Below are positions 1 to 11,900 of a DNA stretch of 64,000 nt, in pieces; the first letter of the stretch is position 1, and every line of letters starts with the position of its first letter. Under the pieces are notes generated by a model that was not told the origin of the DNA, searched no databases, and saw only the letters and a program-made list of their open reading frames with translations. The stretch lies in assembly GCA_032718475.1 (NCBI GenBank), contig JAUCBJ010007725.1, positions 122,569 to 186,568 of the forward strand, given 5' to 3'. Both the position numbers and the translations under genes were made by a program. Source of the DNA: Nemertoderma westbladi (Eukaryota; Animalia; Xenacoelomorpha).

Positions 1-2126
1 TTTGGCAGTTTAACCCGCCAAATTAGGATGTCTTCTAGATAATAATTCGCTTTTAGCCTATGACAAGTATTTGATTCACTACACTAGTCGAAACCAATCT
101 GTGCGCGATCATTCACCCGCTGGATATACCCGGGAGATTGGGTTCGACGGCTTAATCTTATTGCTATGTAAGCCTAATGTATTATTCGACTGACAGTATT
201 ATATAATCTCTGACAATATTATTCACCTTCGGGAAATATTAACAGTTCCTTTAGGACGTGGCGCTCTATCTATATAAACAGAGTTATGACTTAAACTACT
301 CACAACGATATGGCTTAGTTATAATTCACATATATGGCGCATTCTTTAGGAAATGCTTCGTTATCAGTCTCACTCATACACAATGCTGCACAATACTGCA
401 CACTAATCTGCCGATCTTCACTGATTTTAGTCACATATAAAAGGAACACGCACCGACTCATGTAGGGTCTATCAAATAACATTAGATTCACTTCAAACCA
501 CTTTAACATAAGTCACAATCGTTATATGTAACCTTTCTCTCTTACCTTCGGTATATCAAGAATATTGGGGTTTCGGGGTTATTTATCGTTATTCCAAATA
601 TAATAATTCATCAACCATATTATGAAGAACCGACAGTAAATAGCAGTATAACAATATAAAAGTATGCACCAGTGTGTGGTACATGCAGTTCAGTAAGTTG
701 AGTTGCACAGTGATTCAGTGATAACGGATATATGTCCTTATAATTAAGCCTACTAGTGTTAGGCTAAAACAGCAAAGCACAAAATATTTCCAAGCCGCTC
801 TCTCCTGGCTCAGGACAGAATGTAAACACTGCACAATAAGCATTGAGTGATTTCTAGGAAATTTCTGTACAAGAGCCATAAAAATGCTCTGATTGGCTGA
901 CTGAACTGAGAGACGCCGTAGAACAAAGAAAATCAACACGTATGAATGTCAGCTGTTAACCGTCGTCATAGTAACTACTGTTCAAGAGTAGCTATCACCT
1001 TTTGCGTAACGGAATTGCCATAGAATCATCAACTATGCCTTCCACAGTACACATACGGAGGAAATAGCTCTTAGATCCTCTAAAAACACCGATACAGCAA
1101 TAATACGGTTTCTTACACCTATTAAATCAACTACAGAGTATTTTAATGTAAAAATAATAAAAATAACGGGGCAATTCAGCAAAGGCTTTTACACATACGG
1201 TTTGTATGAAGGATAATATAGAATAAGTGAGCGTTCTTACCAACTTAGTCACATCGTTACAGCTAAGACTAACTTAAGTAACTCTAAATGAATACGAGTT
1301 TAGTCTATTTTGGCTGTGTAGATATCGTAATTTCCGCCATGGAAACGCACTTGTTTTAAATAAATTCATTAATATTCCATTCAATACTATTCATTAATTA
1401 TTATACATTCATTATAAATACGATCTAGCTAGACCTACAGTAGTACTAGTCCTACCTACACATAAGGAGTGGAAACACAACACAATTATTTGGGATAAAA
1501 TTCTACAGTAAATAAATACTGTAATATTTATACCATAAAAGACTGCACTTGTGAAGAATACCACCAGGTTATCACATTTCGGCCGAAATATTATTGGGAT
1601 TTTTATGAAGAATTTCTTAACTTTCACTGTACATACAGACTAATTCGTTTATTGTTTTGGTTAGATACAGCCCTTCTATAACTTGTTTTTGATTAAAAAA
1701 AAACTGGTAGGTATTCTTCACAAGGGGTAAACTGAGGTGAAATATAAAAGCAGCTTCACGCGTGCCATGAAAAGACACCGAAGTTAATTTATGTATTATA
1801 AATTATTATAACATTAATTTATTATTGTATCATCCCTGTTAATAAATGAATATTATATTTATTAGCATAACTTATTTATCCTGATAGGCCCAAACGTGCG
1901 CATAGCGCTGGTTCAACCCCCGGTGACGTGCATTCTCATTATTTCCATTTCTGAACAACTTATTACAATATTATTCTACAAGCATATGAGTTATATGTTA
2001 ATTAATATTTTTGTGAGTTCGAAAAGTTTTATAGATGGAAACTAAAATTTACATTATCATATATTTATTAGCTGATGTTAAAAAGCTTTCTATTTGATAC
2101 ATTACATTACGTTTAGTTATGTATGT

Positions 2127-2281
2127 TTATTTTTCTTCAACTTTGTCTTTGTATCTCAGGAATATGCTTTTAAAACCACAACGAAATGGCTTGTTGGTGA
2201 TAATATAGATCCAGAAAGATATAGCTTGGTTACCAAGAGCCATATAGGCCATACACATAAGGGCTATGTGATATTTATTAC
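2127..2281 (-). CDS. GPCR last coding exon (TM7, helix 8, stop)
   Basis: attttcAG acceptor at 2282-2283. The phase-1 join gives NKYHIALMCMAYMALGNQAISFWIYIITNKPFRCGFKSIFLRYKDKVEEK*, with an NPxxY variant (SFWIY) and helix-8 FR. TAA at 2129-2127. The four exons total 891 nt in one open frame. Confidence 0.85.
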
Positions 2282-2477
2282 CTGAAAATATATAAGGAAA
2301 TATTAAACTGACATAGACCTATTTCATTCCAGGATTATGCCCCGGTGGCTAAATTCATAAGATTAGTAAAATGGTGTAACAATGTAACAATGCAATCGGT
2401 ACTGACCGCCCCTGAAATAAAATGGTTATTGAAATATCAAGTAAAAATATATTTATAAATGTAAGAGTTTAAAGATC

Positions 2478-4860
2478 TGTGAGATCTGAGGTCGCTATGT
2501 TGATGGGTCCGCTGCCACTGTGTATGAATGGCTGACCACGAGATCTCGGGGCACTATGTTGCTGGGTCCGCCTGCACTGTGTAGTGTATGGCTGACCGTG
2601 AGATCTGGGGTCGCTATGTTGATGGGTCCGCCGCCTCTGTGTATGGCTGACCGTGAGATCTGGGGGCGCTGTGATGTTGGGTACGCCGGTACTGTGTGTG
2701 GCTGACCGCGAGATCTGGGGGCGCTATGTTGCTGGTCCCGCCGGCACTGTGTATGAATGGCTGACCACGAGATCTGGGGGTGCTATGTTGATGGGTCCGC
2801 CGCCACTGTGTATGAATGGCTGACCACGAGATCTGGGGGCACTATGATGCTGGGTCCGCCGCCACTGTGTGCGGCTGACCGTGAGATCTGGGGGCGCTGT
2901 GATGTTGGTCCCGCCGTCACTGTGTATGGCTGACCGTGAGATCTGGGGGCGCTATGTTGCTGGGGTCTGCCGGCACTGCGTATGGCTGACCACGAGATCT
3001 GGGGCGCTATGTTGCTGGGTCCACCGGCACTGTGTATGGCTGACCGCGAGATCTGGGGGCGCTATGTTGCTGGGGTCTGCCGGCACTGCGTATGGCTGAC
3101 CACGAGATCTGGGGCGCTATGTTGCTGGGTCCACCGGCACTGTGTATGGCTGACCACGAGATCTGGGGGCGCTATGTTGCTGGGTCCACCAGCACTGTGT
3201 ATGGCTGACCACGAAATCTGGGGGCACTATTTTGATGGGTCCACCGCCACTGTGTATGAATGGCTGACCACGAGATCTGGGGGCGCTATGTTGCTGGGCC
3301 CACCGGCACTGTGTATGGCTGACCACGAAATCTGGGGGCACTATGTTGATGGGACCACCGCCACTGTGTATGAATGGCTGACCGTGAGATCTGGGGGCGC
3401 TGTGATGTTGGGTACGCCGGTACTGTGTGTGGCTGACCGCGAGATCTGGGGGCGCTATGTTGCTGGTCCCGCCGGCACTGTGTATGAATGGCTGACCACG
3501 AGATCTGGGGGCGCTATGTTGCTGGGCCCACCGGCACTGTGTATGGCTGACCACGAAATCTGGGGGCACTATGTTGATGGGACCACCGCCACTGTGTATG
3601 AATGGCTGACCGTGAGATCTGGGGGCGCTGTGATGTTGGGTACGCCGGTACTGTGTGTGGCTAAACGCGAGATCTGGGGGCGCTGTTGCTGGGTCCGCCG
3701 GCACTGTGTGTGGCTGATCGTGAGATCAGGGGGCGCTGTGATGTTGGGTACGCCGGTACTGTGTGTGGCTGAACGCGAGATCTGGGGGCGCTGTTGCTGG
3801 GTCCGCCGGCACTGTGTGTGGCTGACCGTGAGATCTGGGGGCGCTGTGATGTTGGGTACGCCGGTACTGTGTGTGGCTGAACGCGAGATCTGGGGGCGCT
3901 GTTGCTGGGTCCGCCGGCACTGTGTGTGGCTGACCGTGAGATCTGGGGGCGCTGTGATGTTGGGTACGCCGGTACTGTGTGTGGCTGTTTAGAGGGAGCC
4001 CAACGGCTCCTCAGCTCATTAGAACATGCTGCTTCTAGTGTTGGTCTTTTTATTAACTCCAGAAAAACCAAAATTTTGACAGTTAACTTTGAAAGTCCTC
4101 AGCAAGTCTCTGATCGGATGAGCATAAGCTCAAAGGTGGTATGCTTGAGCATGTGAACGACTTCTGTTACCTGAGATCATGGATCCGGAAGTCAGGTGAG
4201 GACCTTCGAATACGTAAGGGAAAGGCATAGGCAGCCTTGAATAGGCTTTCCAGGATTTGGAAGTCACCGAGAATTAATCGGAAACTTAAGGTCCGATTAT
4301 TTAGAGCAGCAGTAGTTCCAGTACTCCTCTACGGGAGTCCATGCTGGGCTCTAACTGCTGAGGACACCAAATCTCTGGATGGCACATTCACAAGAATGCT
4401 ACGCCGGGTTCATTGTGTCAAGTACAATGCACACATCTCCAACCAGACACTATATAACATTGGAGGTGTCTCATTGGTTCCCCCAAGCTTGACACTAGAA
4501 CAAAATCGCATCCGCTTTGCAGGACATTGCTTTCGCCGTGAGGACCAGCCAGTGCATAATCTTGTACTTTGGCAGCCTCATGGAGTGAATAAGCATGGTG
4601 GACAGCCCATGACTTTCTTGAGACGCATCTTAAAGGACACTGGCCTTGAAGATGCGGATGATCTAGCAAATGTCATGGGTGATAGGGAGTTGTGGCGGTG
4701 CAATTTTGTTGACAAGCCGGCACAGCATTCTTAAAAATGCAGCTGCAATGCAGCATGCCGATCCTAGTAGTAGTAGTGTGTGGCTGACCGTGAGATCAGG
4801 GGGCGCTGTGTTGCTGGGGTCTGCCGGCGTTACACCTAAGTGCAAGCCAATCATCATCAT
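2478..4860 (+). repeat. ~56-62-bp GC-rich minisatellite (about 26 units), interrupted by a LINE at 3988-4776 and ending in an (ATC)n tail
   Basis: Tandem copies of tgtgtatggctgaccgtgagatctgggggcgctatgttgctgggtccgccggcac at 2478-3987. One more unit at 4777-4828 is followed by tacacctaagtgcaagccaatcatcatcat. Confidence 0.93.
3988..4776 (+). mobile_element. 5'-truncated RTE-like non-LTR retrotransposon (degenerate RT C-terminus)
   Basis: Translation GLFINSRKTKIL...RLFRAAVVPVLLYGS...RIRFAGH...MGDRELWR with stops and a frameshift near 4150-4230. (TAG)4 tail at 4765-4776. TSD tgtgtggctg at 3978-3987 and 4777-4786. Confidence 0.88.
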
Positions 4861-5147
4861 ACATAGAATTCATGGATTCATTTTGATGGGGTCGACTCGA
4901 CAGTCCGTTATAATGATAACTGTTCGTTCATGATGGCTTAAAATCTGCGCGCAAAGGACCACGTTGCTATTCGCTACATATTTATGTGCCAACGTAATTC
5001 ATAGATAAAATCTCGATATTTTTGTTTATTGTTTTGGTTTCCGTTTTAGTAATCTGTTAGTGTATGCATCGTTCATGTATAATATTTAACAACTTTTTAC
5101 TCAATAATTACGATATAATATGTATTATAGAAATTTAAATAACCTAC

Positions 5148-5308
5148 CTAGGGTTGGGATACCGATAGCCCAGTTTACACAGTCAATTAAACCTAAATAT
5201 ACCAAATATGGGCTAATTGGGAACGAGAGAAAGAAAAACGCCAAACATGTGAAAACGAATGTGACCGTTAGAGATTTGAGATGTCCGGATACAGCCTTGC
5301 CTGACGAC
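5148..5308 (-). CDS. GPCR exon (TM6)
   Basis: ttcctacAG acceptor at 5309-5310 and GTAGGT donor at 5147. The phase-2 join gives SSGKAVSGHLKSLTVTFVFTCLAFFFLSFPISPY, a TM6 helix with its Pro. Confidence 0.85.
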
Positions 5309-5606
5309 CTGTAGGAAAGAATTAATTACAATTACTATATAACTTTATGCGTTTGTAGCCAAATATTTTGAGCGAAAAAATAAAAATTATGACTCACCAA
5401 CACGACGTAGTCTACCTACAGTTTCAACCTTTATGCCCTTTTTTAATTAAATTTAAAATGATTAACATTATTAGGACACTAATTATTATAATTGGGTGGG
5501 TGAGTGTCGCTAAAAGACTTTATTCCGTTCGATGGTGTACATAGATAGGCCTACAGTATTATATACAGTCAACATTATGTACAGTATATACGATATAAAT
5601 CCGTAC

Positions 5607-5839
5607 CCTATCTTCCTGAGTTTATATATGATGCGGATATTCAATGGAAACAATAACGACAGCGGTCCAACCACAGAGTAGATTGTTCTAGAGACGTTGT
5701 TATAAAGTCTGAACCCAACCGAATTGATTTCATCTCGTCTGTATCCACATTTATTTTCTTCTTTCCACTCATAAGCGTAATAATGGGTGAAGGCCAGCGG
5801 ATAACAAATACATATTATAGTTGCGCAAATTATCTTGGC
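5607..5839 (-). CDS. GPCR exon (TM4, ECL2 Cys, TM5)
   Basis: ttacAG acceptor at 5840-5841 (phase 0) and GTACGG donor at 5606 (phase 2). Translation AKIICATIICICYPLAF...NKC...IYSVVGPLSLLFPLNIRIIYKLRK. Confidence 0.85.
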
Positions 5840-6139
5840 CTGTAACAACAAGTTTTTAATATTTTATTCTCGCTAAAAATAAATTTGAATTCTATTTCAG
5901 TGTATTTTCTGATTACGATTGATTTCCTGATCTATGAACGAATTAACCTACCGTAGCGAATTAAAATCTCACTTTAATATTAAATAATCAATTTATTGGA
6001 AAGGATCAGGTTACTGCGGCGCGGCACGTTATTCTAACAAAAACATTAAACGAAAGTCAATAGAACAGGATAAATAAACAGTCATTATTTGCGTCGATTT
6101 TCCTCACGAGTCTCCTTACAATATATCTGCTTAACTTAC

Positions 6140-6481
6140 CCTCGTTTTTGAGAAAATGTTTTTCGCCGAAATCGGATAGTATATACTTTGATGGCGTTCG
6201 AATGCCATGGCAACCAACAACCAATGAGATGCCCAATGGCTGGCGAAGTTGAGGAAATGAAAGTAAGCGCAGTACTTGCCGAAATGAACAGAACCTTCTG
6301 GGTGGAAGTGCCAGGCGCGCCAGAGAATGGAGCTGAAGAATATCGCTAAGAAATCGGTGACGGACATTGTGATAAAGTAGACCATAGATCGGTTGTTACG
6401 CAGGGTCGGAGTCTTCATAAATACAGTAAAAACAACAGCGTTTAGAGTCAGTCCGACCGTGAATATTATTAGGCAGACACT
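6140..6481 (-). CDS. Class A (rhodopsin-like) GPCR, first visible exon (TM1-TM3); N-terminal exon not found in window
   Basis: Polypyrimidine-ttgcAG acceptor at 6482-6483 and GTAAGT donor at 6139-6134. Translation SVCLIIFTVGLTLNAVVF...SMVYFITMSVTDFL...KYC...LLVAMAFERHQSIYYP has the TM1 N, TM2 D, ECL1 C and a DRY-like ERH...P. An in-frame stop lies just upstream with no ATG, so an upstream exon is needed. Confidence 0.9.
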
Positions 6482-6536
6482 CTGCAATAAAGAAAAGAAA
6501 AATATGACAAAACCTCAAATAATGTGACATAATGAC

Positions 6537-7334
6537 AAAAATATAGTTCGCCTTAGTTGTACTAAATAAAATATAGTTCGCCTTAGTTGTACTAAATAAA
6601 ATATAGTTCGCCTTAGTTGTACTAAATAAAATATAGTTCGCCTTAGTTGTACTAAATAAAATATAGTTCGCCTTAGTTGTACTTAATAAAATATAGTTCG
6701 CCTTAGTTGTACTTAATAAAATATAGTTCGCCTTAGTTGTACTTAATAAAATATAGTTCGCCTTAGTTTTACTTAATAAAATACAGTTCGCCTTAGTTTT
6801 ACTAAATAAAATATAGTTCGCCTTAGTTGTAATAAATAAAATATAGTTCGCCTTAGTTGTACTAAATAAAATATAGTTCGCCTTAGTTTTACTAAATAAA
6901 ATATAGTTCGCCTTAGTTTTACTAAATAAAATATAGTTCGCCTTAGTTGTACTAAATAAAATATAGTTCGCCTTAGTTGTACTAAATAAAATATAGTTCG
7001 CCTTAGTTTTACTAAATAAAATATAGTTCGCCTTAGTTGTACTAAATAAAATATAGTTCGTCTTAGTTGAACTAAATAAAATATAGTTCGCAGTAGTTGT
7101 AATAAATAAAATATAGTTCACCTTGGTTGTACTAAATAAAATATAGTTCGCCTTAGTTGTACTAAATAAAATATAGTTCGCCTTAGTTGTACTAAATAAA
7201 ATATAGTTCGCCTTAGTTGTAATAAATAAAATATAGTTCGCCTTAGTTTTACTAAATAAAATATAGTTCGCCTTAGTTGTACTAAATAAAATATAGTTCG
7301 CCTTAGTTGTACTAAATAAAATATAGTTCGCCTT
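6537..7334. repeat. 30-bp satellite, segment 1 (~26 units)
   Basis: Tandem aaataaaatatagttcgccttagttgtact. Confidence 0.97.
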
Positions 7335-8544
7335 GTAGTGTGAAGCTGGATCTCACACTTGGCTGTTGCAACAGAGAGGACCAGTCATGCCGCGGCAAGG
7401 CAGATTTCGTTGTTCTGCTAGCACGCAGACTAAGTCTTACCTTGGCCACAATAAGGCGGTGATCACTGGAGAAGGGTCGAAGAGTAAATGCATTACAGTC
7501 TTGTATAGAGCTCCTGTATTTCCTACGAAACAGAATATGGTCTATCTGGGACTTGTGACCACTGGGTCCACTATGAGTCCATAGCTTTCCAGTTCGCTTC
7601 TTGAACTGGGTTCCAGCCGAAAACAATCCATTTCCAGAGATAAAATCCTGAAGATGGACAGAATTTCGGTTAACACTATTGCTATAGACCCAGGGCGATG
7701 TAGGTGATTGATGCAGACTTGCATTAAAGTCTCCCAGGAATGTTAAGAATGCATGCTGATCCACTCCATCAGTTGCTGCTTGTAGATTGTGGTAGAAATT
7801 TTCCACCTCCTCTACAGGGGCAACACTAGTTGGAGAGTAGCACACAATCAGAACCACCTTAGGAAACTTCTTAGCCAGTCTTCCAGAACATGAGAAGTGG
7901 CAACGGATGATGCGGTTAGAGATTTGGTCTATTTTGTCCAATGCTGCATGTGCAGTTGGATTCATCAATAGACCAATTCCACCATTGCCACTATCATCTG
8001 CTGACGCGAGGGCGAGTCGCCAACCGCCCCCCATGTCCTTAATCAGAACCTCATCAGTCTGTCCAGTCTGCATTCGGTGCTCTTGAACACCCACTGCGCT
8101 AAGAGAAAGCTTATCTGCCAAGGCAGTCAGCTCACCTTGTCGCATTGGGGACCCGAGTGTTAGGGTGTTTACTGAGGCTAGTCTAGTGACTTGCCTCAGA
8201 TTCACCAATGGCTTTGTTGGTCGGGGTGGAACATGAGAGTAGCCTCCAACTCCAGAATCCCTCTCCCCATCACAATCTGGCCTCCCTGGTGACCCAGGGT
8301 TTGGGCCAGAAAGGTCATCAGGAAAGGGACTCAAAGAATTGTTGGCTGCTCTCTCTCCAGTAGGGGGTGAGACAGGCAGCCGGTCAGGAGTTAACTGACG
8401 CCTGTGAGGCCGATTGTGTCCGGTAATTCCACTGGCCTCTAGTGGCCGGACCTCCGCATTGCTAATGTAATCCATAGTGGGGGTTGGGGGGTGCTTTTTT
8501 GCCGAGTCAGCTCTCGGGGCAAATACCATACCCTGGTTTGCCAT
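7335..8544 (-). pseudogene. LINE apurinic/apyrimidinic-type endonuclease ORF, truncated before RT
   Basis: APE motifs LASVNTLTL, VGVQEHR, GIG, VCYSPT, FLGDFNA, SQIDHIL and SDHRLI. The frame runs into the satellite at 7334. First ATG at 8544. Confidence 0.88.
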
Positions 8545-8964
8545 TCCACAGGGTGGGTGTCGCAATGGAGTCAGATATGAGGCCCATCACCCATATCTAC
8601 TCTGGCGTACATGACCCACCATTGGCTGTTGCAGCTCATCTGCTGGGTCATGCCCTGTACCCTTGCTGCCAGGTGCAGGTCGCAGTGAAGTGCCCTCAGA
8701 GTGGACATGAGAACACTCTACTCCTAACCAGCCATTGGTAGATCACCATCTGCCTGGTCAGGCCATATACCCCTGCAGCCAAGTATATGGGTCCTTAATC
8801 CAGGACCAAGGACGTCCTTATCCCAGAACGAAGGGGGTCCTAGTTACAGGACCAGATTTGCCCTAGTAAGAGGGTCTATGCAGCTACAGGTGGCACCTCC
8901 TTTATGCTGCATGGAGGTGGCAAGTTTTCTTGATCAATGACCTAGAATACCTGACCTGACCTTG
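7335..8964 (-). mobile_element. LINE (RTE-like) fragment: 5' UTR plus AP-endonuclease domain, 3' part missing
   Basis: Non-satellite block between satellite units, containing the APE ORF and about 400 nt upstream of it. Confidence 0.85.
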
Positions 8965-11900
8965 AAATAAAATATAGTTCGCCTTAGATATACTAAATAA
9001 AATATAGTTCGCCTTAGTTTTACTAAATAAAATATAGTTCGCCTTAGTTGTAATAAATAAGATATAGTTCGCCTTAGTTGTACTAAATAAAATATAGTTC
9101 GCCGTAGTTTTACTAAATAAAATATAGTTCGCCTTAGTTGTACTAAATAAAATATAGTTCGCCTTAGTTTTACTAAATAAAATATAGTTCGCCTTAGTTG
9201 TAATAAATAAAATATAGTTCGTCTTAGTTGAACTAAATAAAATATAGTTCGCCTTAGTTGTAATAAATAAAATATAGTTCGCCTTAGTTGTACTAAATAA
9301 AATATAGTTCGTCTTAGTTGAACTAAATAAAATATAGTTCGCCTTAGTTGTACTAAATAAAATATAGTTCGCCTTAGTTGAACTAAATAAAATATAGTTC
9401 GCCTTAGTTTTACTAAATAAAATATAGTTCGCCTTAGTTGAACTAAATAAAATATAGTTCGCCTTAGTTGTACTAAATAAAATATAGTTCGCCTTAGTTT
9501 TACTTAATAAAATATAGTTCGCCTTAGTTGAACTAAATAAAATATAGTTCGCCTTAGTTGTACTAAATAAAATATAGTTCGCCTTAGTTTTACTAAATTA
9601 AATATAGTTCGCCTTAGTTGTAATAAATAAAATATAGTTCGCCTTAGTTGTACTAAATAAAATATAGTTCGCCTTAGTTTTACTAAATAAAATATAGTTC
9701 GCAGTAGTTGTACTAAATAAAATATAGTTCGCCTTAGTTGTACTAAATAAAATATAGTTCACCTTGGTTGTACTAAATAAAATATAGTTCGCCTTAGTTT
9801 TACTTAATAAAATATAGTTCGCCTTAGTTGAACTAAATAAAATATAGTTCGCCTTAGTTGTACTAAATAAAATATAGTTCGCCTTAGTTGTACTAAATAA
9901 AATATAGTTAGCCTTAGTTTTACTTAATAAAATATAGTTCGCCTTAGTTGAACTAAATGAAATATAGTTCGCCTTAGTTGAACTAAATAAAATATAGTTC
10001 GCCTTAGTTGAACTAAATAAAATATAGTTCGCCTTAGTTGTACTAAATAAAATATAGTTCGCCTTAGTTTTACTTAATAAAATATAGTTCGCCTTAGTTG
10101 AACTAAATAAAATATAGTTCGCCTTAGTTGTACTAAATAAAATATAGTTCGCCTTAGTTTTACTAAATTAAATATAGTTCGCCTTAGTTGTAATAAATAA
10201 AATATAGTTCGCCTTAGTTGTACTAAATAAAATATAGTTCGCCTTAGTTGTACTAAATAAAATATAGTTCGCCTTAGTTGTACTAAATAAAATATAGTTC
10301 GCCTTAGTTGTACTAAATAAAATATAATTCGCCTTAGTTGTACTTAATAAAATATAGTTCGCCTTAGTTGTACTAAATAAAATATAGTTCGCCTTAGTTG
10401 TACTAATTAAAATATAGTTCGCCTTAGTTTTACTAAATAAAATATAGTTCGCCTTAGTTGTACTAAATAAAATATAGTTCGCCTTAGTTGTACTAAATAA
10501 AATATAGTTCGCCTTAGTTTTACTAAATAAAATATAGTTCGCCTTAGTTGTACTAAATAAAATATAGTTCGCCTTAGTTTTACTAAATAAAATATAGTTC
10601 GCCTTAGTTGTACTAAATAAAATATAATTCGCCTTAGTTGTAATAAATAAAATATAGTTCGCCGTAGTTGTACTAAATAAAATATAGTTCGCCGTAGTTG
10701 TAATAAATAAAATATAGTTCGCCTTAGTTGTAATAAATAAAATATAGTTCGTCTTATTTGAACTAAATAAAATATAGTTCGCCTTAGTTGTACTAAATAA
10801 AATATAGTTCGCCTTAGTTGTACTAAATAAAATATAGTTCGCCGTAGTTGTAATAAATAAAATATAGTTCGCCTTAGTTGTAATAAATAAAATATAGTTC
10901 GCCTTAGTTGTACTTAATAAAATATAGTTCGCCTTAGTTGTAATAAATAAAATATAGTTCGCCTTAGTTGTACTAAATAAAATATAGTTCGCCTTAGTTG
11001 TACTTAATAAAATATAGTTCGCCTTAGTTGTAATAAATAAAATATAGTTCGCCGTAGTTTTACTAAATAAAATATAGTTCGCCTTAGTTTTACTAAATAA
11101 AATATAGTTCGCCTTAGTTGTAATAAATAAAATATAGTTCGCCTTAGTTGTAATAAATAAAATATAGTTCGCCGTAGTTTTACTAAATAAAATATAGTTC
11201 GCCTTAGTTTTACTAAATAAAATATAGTTCGCCTTAGTTGTAATAAATAAAATATAGTTCGCCTTAGTTGTAATAAATAAAATATAGTTCGCCGTAGTTT
11301 TACTAAATAAAATATAGTTCGCCTTAGTTTTACTAAATAAAATATAGTTCGCCTTAGTTTTACTAAATAAAATATAGTTCGCCTTAGTTGTACTAAATAA
11401 AATATAGTTCGCCTTAGTTGTAATAAATAAAATATAGTTCGCCTTAGTTGTACTAAATAAAATATAGTTCGCCTTAGTTGTACTTAATAAAATATAGTTC
11501 GCCTTAGTTGTAATAAATAAAATATAGTTCGCCTTAGTTGTACTAAATAAAATATAGTTCGCCTTAGTTGTACTTAATAAAATATAGTTCGCCTTAGTTG
11601 TAATAAATAAAATATAGTTCGCCGTAGTTTTACTAAATAAAATATAGTTCGCCTTAGTTTTACTAAATAAAATATAGTTCGCCTTAGTTGTAATAAATAA
11701 AATATAGTTCGCCTTAGTTGTAATAAATAAAATATAGTTCGCCGTAGTTTTACTAAATAAAATATAGTTCGCCTTAGTTTTACTAAATAAAATATAGTTC
11801 GCCTTAGTTGTAATAAATAAAATATAGTTCGCCTTAGTTGTAATAAATAAAATATAGTTCGCCGTAGTTTTACTAAATAAAATATAGTTCGCCTTAGTTT

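Noticed and set aside
2520-4071. Minisatellite ORFs (e.g. 2982-3992, 336 aa) as a host gene
   Set aside because: The frame shifts between units of varying length, the region is intronic to the GPCR, and the peptide is better explained as a LINE C-terminus relic.
4880-4975. Possible tRNA-derived SINE remnant (minus-strand tagcaacgtgg ... gagtcgaccc)
   Set aside because: Both boxes are degenerate and no TSD or tail is identifiable.
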